Source of the DNA: Cytophagales bacterium
Lineage (GTDB): Bacteria; Bacteroidota; Bacteroidia; Cytophagales; JAAEPT01
Length of the DNA stretch: 58,976 bases
Direction of reading: 5' to 3'
NCBI GenBank assembly: GCA_043770215.1
Contig: JAYVIQ010000045.1
Location: forward strand, 1-58,976
In this document: positions 55,580 to 58,976 of the stretch, in pieces
Layout: every line of letters begins with the position of its first letter
Numbering within the stretch: the first letter of the stretch is position 1
Notes under the pieces: generated by a model
Database searches by the model: none
The model's input: the letters and a program-made list of their open reading frames with translations, nothing else
What the model was told of the DNA's origin: nothing
Translations under genes and position numbers: made by a program

Positions 55580-56863
55580 TTATTCTACCTCTATTAAGAA
55601 ATAATTTTTCTTTCCCTTTTGCACCAATACAAATCTGTCTTGCAATAGACTACAATTGACTGCATCATTGGCATCTGTTATTTTGGTTTTGTTTATGCTT
55701 ACAGCTCCAGACTGAATCATTTTTCTTGCATCTCCATTAGAGCTAAAAATTCCAGCTTCGGTTTTAGAATGAAGCAATTCTAAGTAGTTTTGGCAATTAT
55801 TATAGACTTCTTTTTGAATTTTTATATGCGGCACACCTTCAAAAACTTCTAAAATAAGTGCTGAGTTAAGTGTTTTTAATTCTTCGGTGGCATCTTTACT
55901 AAATAATATTTGAGAAGCTTTTAAGGCATTTTCATAATCTTCTTCTGAGTGCACTCGTATAGTAACTTCTTTTGCCAATTCTTGCTGCAAAAGGCGTAAA
56001 TGCGGTTCTTCTTTGTGTTTTGTTACAATGGTATCTATCTCATCTTTAGATTTTAATGTAAAAATCTTAATGTAGTTCTCGCAGTCTACATCAGATGAGT
56101 TTATCCAATATTGGTAAAATTTATATGGCGATGTTTTAGCAGGATCTAACCAAATGTTACCACCCTCTGTTTTGCCAAACTTGGTGCCATCAGCTTTTTT
56201 AATTAAAGGTGTCGTAATAGCAAATGCCTCGCCACCAGTCATTCTACGGATAAGTTCTGTGCCTGTAGTTATGTTGCCCCATTGGTCTGACCCACCCAGT
56301 TGTATAGAGCAATCTTCGTTTTTGTACAAGTGGTAAAAATCATAGCCTTGCACCAATTGGTAAGAAAACTCTGTAAAAGACATGCCTGTTTCTAACCTAG
56401 ATTTTACAGAGTCTTTTGCCATCATGTAGTTTACAGAAATATGTTTGCCCACATCTCTAATAAAGTCTAAAAAACTAAAATCTTTAAACCAATCGTAGTT
56501 GTTGACCATTTTGGCTGAGTTTGCACCACAGTCAAAGTCTAAAAATTTTTCGAGTTGTGTTTTTACACAGTTTAGATTGTGCTGTAACACATCTGCAGAG
56601 AGTAAATTTCTTTCTTTAGATTTGCCAGATGGGTCCCCAACCATTCCAGTTGCTCCCCCTACCAACGCTAGCGGTCTGTGACCAGCTTTTTGCAAATGCA
56701 CTAAAATCATTATTTGCACCAAACTACCAATATGTAGAGAGTCGGCTGTAGGGTCAAAGCCAATATATGCGCTACAAACACCAGATGCTAACTTTTTATC
56801 TATACCGGGCATGCTATCATGTATCATGCCTCTCCAACGTAATTCATTTAAGAAATCTATCAT
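55580..56863 (-). CDS. tyrS: Tyrosine--tRNA ligase
   Basis: It is collinear with E. coli TyrRS: GFDPTADSLHIGSL (HIGH), ALVGGATGMVGDPSGK, GGSDQWGNIT, KFGKTEG (KMSKS-type) and a C-terminal S4 domain. I prefer the start at Met8 (MIDFLNELRWRG, cat 56861-56863). The track start at 56884 lies inside the repeat terminus. Confidence 0.9.
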   Translation of the reverse strand: MIDFLNELRWRGMIHDSMPGIDKKLASGVCSAYIGFDPTADSLHIGSLVQIMILVHLQKAGHRPLALVGGATGMVGDPSGKSKERNLLSADVLQHNLNCVKTQLEKFLDFDCGANSAKMVNNYDWFKDFSFLDFIRDVGKHISVNYMMAKDSVKSRLETGMSFTEFSYQLVQGYDFYHLYKNEDCSIQLGGSDQWGNITTGTELIRRMTGGEAFAITTPLIKKADGTKFGKTEGGNIWLDPAKTSPYKFYQYWINSSDVDCENYIKIFTLKSKDEIDTIVTKHKEEPHLRLLQQELAKEVTIRVHSEEDYENALKASQILFSKDATEELKTLNSALILEVFEGVPHIKIQKEVYNNCQNYLELLHSKTEAGIFSSNGDARKMIQSGAVSINKTKITDANDAVNCSLLQDRFVLVQKGKKNYFLIEVE

Positions 56864-57153
56864 TTTATTTATTTTTGTGAACATCTGCTTTTCTTATCAA
56901 ACGATTTTCTCTTTGCGAAAAGGATCGCAATGGAGCTCTTTTTTGGCTTTTTCTGCCAAAAAAAGCGGGAATGAAGAGCCTGACCCGATAGGGTTTCGCC
57001 CAAAATATATCCTACATTAGAGTATTGCGGAAGTAGGGATTTTAATGCCAGTAACTACCAACTTACCACAAAACTATAAAATGAGAGCGAAAGCTGAATA
57101 ACCAGCTTACGTCCCCATTTAGTCAATACAATTTGTGTTGGATGTGCTTTTTT

Positions 57154-57597
57154 TTATTTACATGGTAATGCTTTTTTGTAATCTATGTCAGTAAAAGTAT
57201 AAGTAAATTTATAATTTCTATCACCTATTTTTTCACTTTTGTAATTCTCAATTCCAGCTATGCCTTCCTTTGAAACTAGCAGGGTATCGCACATTTTTTT
57301 TCCATAAATAATTATTTGACCACCAGCGTAAGGTGCGACATAACTTTTTTCTGTTACTTCTTTAGACCCATCGCCCATTTGTTCGATTGTATAAGTATCT
57401 TTAGAATTAACAGTAAATATATAGGGTCCATTTTTAATCTCTATTAAAGAATCAGTATTATTAACATACACAAAAGTACCTTTTACTAAGTAATCTTTCT
57501 CTTCTTTACAACTGAAAATAGCATATATTGCTATTGCAAAAAGACTAGTTCCAAGCGTTAAACAACGCATCCAAGTTGTTTTCTGTTCGATTGTCAT
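57154..57597 (-). CDS. Small lipoprotein, paralog A (passenger gene)
   Basis: The lipobox is AIFSC. The mature part is about 115 aa and beta-rich, ending NYKFTYTFTDIDYKKALPCK. It is paralogous to the next ORF. The start may be Met10 (MRCLTLG...). Confidence 0.6.
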   Translation of the reverse strand: MTIEQKTTWMRCLTLGTSLFAIAIYAIFSCKEEKDYLVKGTFVYVNNTDSLIEIKNGPYIFTVNSKDTYTIEQMGDGSKEVTEKSYVAPYAGGQIIIYGKKMCDTLLVSKEGIAGIENYKSEKIGDRNYKFTYTFTDIDYKKALPCK

Positions 57598-57620
57598 ATA
57601 TGTTTTGGATGTGCTTTTGT

Positions 57621-58034
57621 TTATTTACACGGTAATGCTTTTTTGTAATCTATGTCTGTAAAAGTGTATGCAAATTTATAATGCCTATTGCCTATTTTTT
57701 CGTTAATATAATTAGATATACCAATAATACCCTCTCCTGTACCTATCTTATTAGTTGTATCTAGTGTATCACATTTTGTACTAGAATATATAATAAGAGC
57801 TGAGGTCATTGGAGGCACGTAATTTTTTTCTGATACATCTTTAGGTCCTTCGCCACCTTGTTCAATGATGTGAGACTGACTTGGATTTATAGTAAAATCG
57901 TATACACCGCTTTTAACCTCAATCAATGAATCAGTATTATTTGTATAAACATAAGTTCCTTTAACAGCATATTCTATATCTTTTTTACAACTAGCTGTGA
58001 TTAACAGCGCAATTAGACTAATCCCAAGCTTAGA
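57621..58034 (-). pseudogene. Small lipoprotein, paralog B, lacking a canonical start codon
   Basis: The track ORF (57621-57926) starts at a TTG in mid-domain. The frame stays open upstream as SKLGISLIALLITASCKKDIEYAVKGTYVYTNNTDS, which is a signal peptide plus lipobox aligned with paralog A. It is closed by TAG at 58035-58037, with no ATG, GTG or TTG before the lipobox. Confidence 0.5.
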
Positions 58035-58204
58035 CTAATAAATTATTCTTTACAATAAAACGGATATTCAGATTTATTTTTACAAAAATAGACATCTATA
58101 TTAAATACCAAACGCATAGTTGATAAAAATATCTAATAAGTATCTAAAAATAGTTTAATTTAGTTGACTTTGGCATTAATAATAATTTATACGGCAAAAA
58201 ATTA

Positions 58205-58927
58205 ATGAAAGAAGCAATAGACATTTTAAAGCAGCTAAGCAACAAAAATTACCAACCAGTATATTTTTTGCAAGGAGAAGAAAGTTATTTTATAGATGAA
58301 ATTTCTGATTGGATAGAAAAAAATGTACTTTCAGAAGCTGACAAGGGGTTTAACCAAACCATTTTGTACGGAAAAGAAGTGGACATAAATATCATTTTAC
58401 AAAATGCTAGGAGGTTTCCTATGATGTCTGAAAAGCAAGTTGTAATTGTAAAAGAAGCGCAAGAAATAAAAGATTTGGGAAAAGAATCTGGACAAGAAGC
58501 CTTGTTAAAATACATAGAAAATCCGCTTACAAGTACCATTTTAGTTTTTGCACACAAACACAAGAAAATAGATGGTAGAATAGCATTAGGAAAGATGCTT
58601 GCCAAAAAAACAATTTTCTTAACCACTAAGCGTCTTTATGACAACCAAGTACCAGATTGGATAAATACGTTTGTACAATCCAAAGGCTATAAAATAAATG
58701 CCAAAGCGAGTAATTTGGTAGCTTCCTCTGTAGGGACTAATCTTGGCAATGTAGCCAATGAACTAAGCAAAATATTTATTAACCTAAAAAATGGTGAAGA
58801 AATAAATGAACTCCATGTAGAAAAAAACATAGGAGTTAGTAAAGATTACAATGTTTTTGAGCTTAATAATGCCATACTTACAAAACGTATTAAATATGTT
58901 AGAAACTACCACCACCAATGGACCTGA
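58205..58927 (+). CDS. holA: DNA polymerase III delta subunit, reading frame disrupted after codon ~225
   Basis: YQPVYFLQGEESYFIDEISDWIEKNVLSEADKGFNQTILYGKEV...MMSEKQVVIVKEAQ...DYNVFEL is the canonical HolA pattern. After ...NNAIL(TK) the frame reads RIKYVRNYHHQWT* and stops well short of the >300 aa usual for HolA. Confidence 0.8.
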   Translation: MKEAIDILKQLSNKNYQPVYFLQGEESYFIDEISDWIEKNVLSEADKGFNQTILYGKEVDINIILQNARRFPMMSEKQVVIVKEAQEIKDLGKESGQEALLKYIENPLTSTILVFAHKHKKIDGRIALGKMLAKKTIFLTTKRLYDNQVPDWINTFVQSKGYKINAKASNLVASSVGTNLGNVANELSKIFINLKNGEEINELHVEKNIGVSKDYNVFELNNAILTKRIKYVRNYHHQWT

Positions 58928-58976
58928 TTTTTGATTTTTATCAAAGTATTGAATGATTTTATTGGCTTTAAGTATG
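58881..58976 (-). other. HolA-like coding segment lying on the opposite strand at the window edge
   Basis: The reverse complement of the last 96 nt translates as ILKANKIIQYFDKNQKSGPLVVVVSNIFNTF. This is the segment expected to follow FELxxAI in HolA. Confidence 0.6.

Larger units (their letters stand above)
56877..58071 (+). mobile_element. 1195-bp MITE-derived element carrying two passenger lipoprotein genes (like a mobile insertion cassette)
   Basis: The left end GTGAACATCTGC... is followed by about 130 bp homologous to the MITE body (56877-57006). The right end is TACAATAAAACGGATATTCAG (58051-58071). Perfect 10-bp direct repeats ATTTATTTTT lie at 56867-56876 and 58072-58081. No transposase-like ORF lies inside. 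Confidence 0.7.

Noticed and set aside
56811-57020. A 69-aa plus-strand ORF spanning the tyrS start and the left arm of the cassette.
   Set aside because: It is antisense to the tyrS 5' end and then runs through MITE-homologous sequence, with no independent support.
1-58976. A search by eye for CRISPR arrays, rRNA, tRNA, tmRNA, RNase P or SRP RNAs, and riboswitch-like leaders upstream of mgtE, cysE and tyrS.
   Set aside because: I saw no regularly spaced direct repeats, no tRNA-like T-arm/acceptor signatures in the intergenic regions, and no recognisable conserved riboswitch cores. A covariance-model scan (Infernal/Rfam, tRNAscan-SE) would be needed to be certain.

Overview
This is an AT-rich chromosomal segment that looks like Bacteroidota. 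Supporting signs are PorU-like and PorV/PorQ-like type IX secretion genes, many lipobox lipoproteins and a TAnnTTTG-type promoter box. It starts inside lon and ends inside holA, so it may be a whole contig. I support about 45 protein genes, mostly housekeeping: hslV, SulP, mgtE, rsmA, pepA, pdxA, priA, nhaA, rlmF, ABC-F, cysE/cysM, tyrS and holA. I recognised no rRNA, tRNA or CRISPR array.

Three things stand out.

1. At 50946-54064 there is a tightly packed three-gene lipoprotein operon. Gene 1 is a cholesterol-dependent-cytolysin-like (CDC-like) pore-former whose canonical membrane-binding domain 4 is replaced by an unrelated domain of about 190 aa. Gene 2 is a lipoprotein made of only that domain, and it shares a 150/152-nt identical block with gene 1. 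Gene 3 reuses the signal and linker of gene 2 on a third domain. A T17 homopolymer lies directly upstream of the -7 promoter box, in the spacer to a candidate -33 TTG.

2. A family of elements of about 170 bp with roughly 22-bp terminal inverted repeats and 10-bp target-site duplications occurs four times, all in the same orientation. These behave like miniature inverted-repeat transposable elements (MITEs).

3. A fifth copy, with a perfect 10-bp duplication (ATTTATTTTT), has grown to 1195 bp. It carries two tandem small-lipoprotein genes and no transposase, and it sits between tyrS and holA. This looks like a cargo-carrying mobile insertion cassette.

Other oddities are an nhaD remnant, a truncated alkylation-repair-like gene, and an 88-bp inverted segment (or snap-back artefact) that breaks holA at the right edge of the window.
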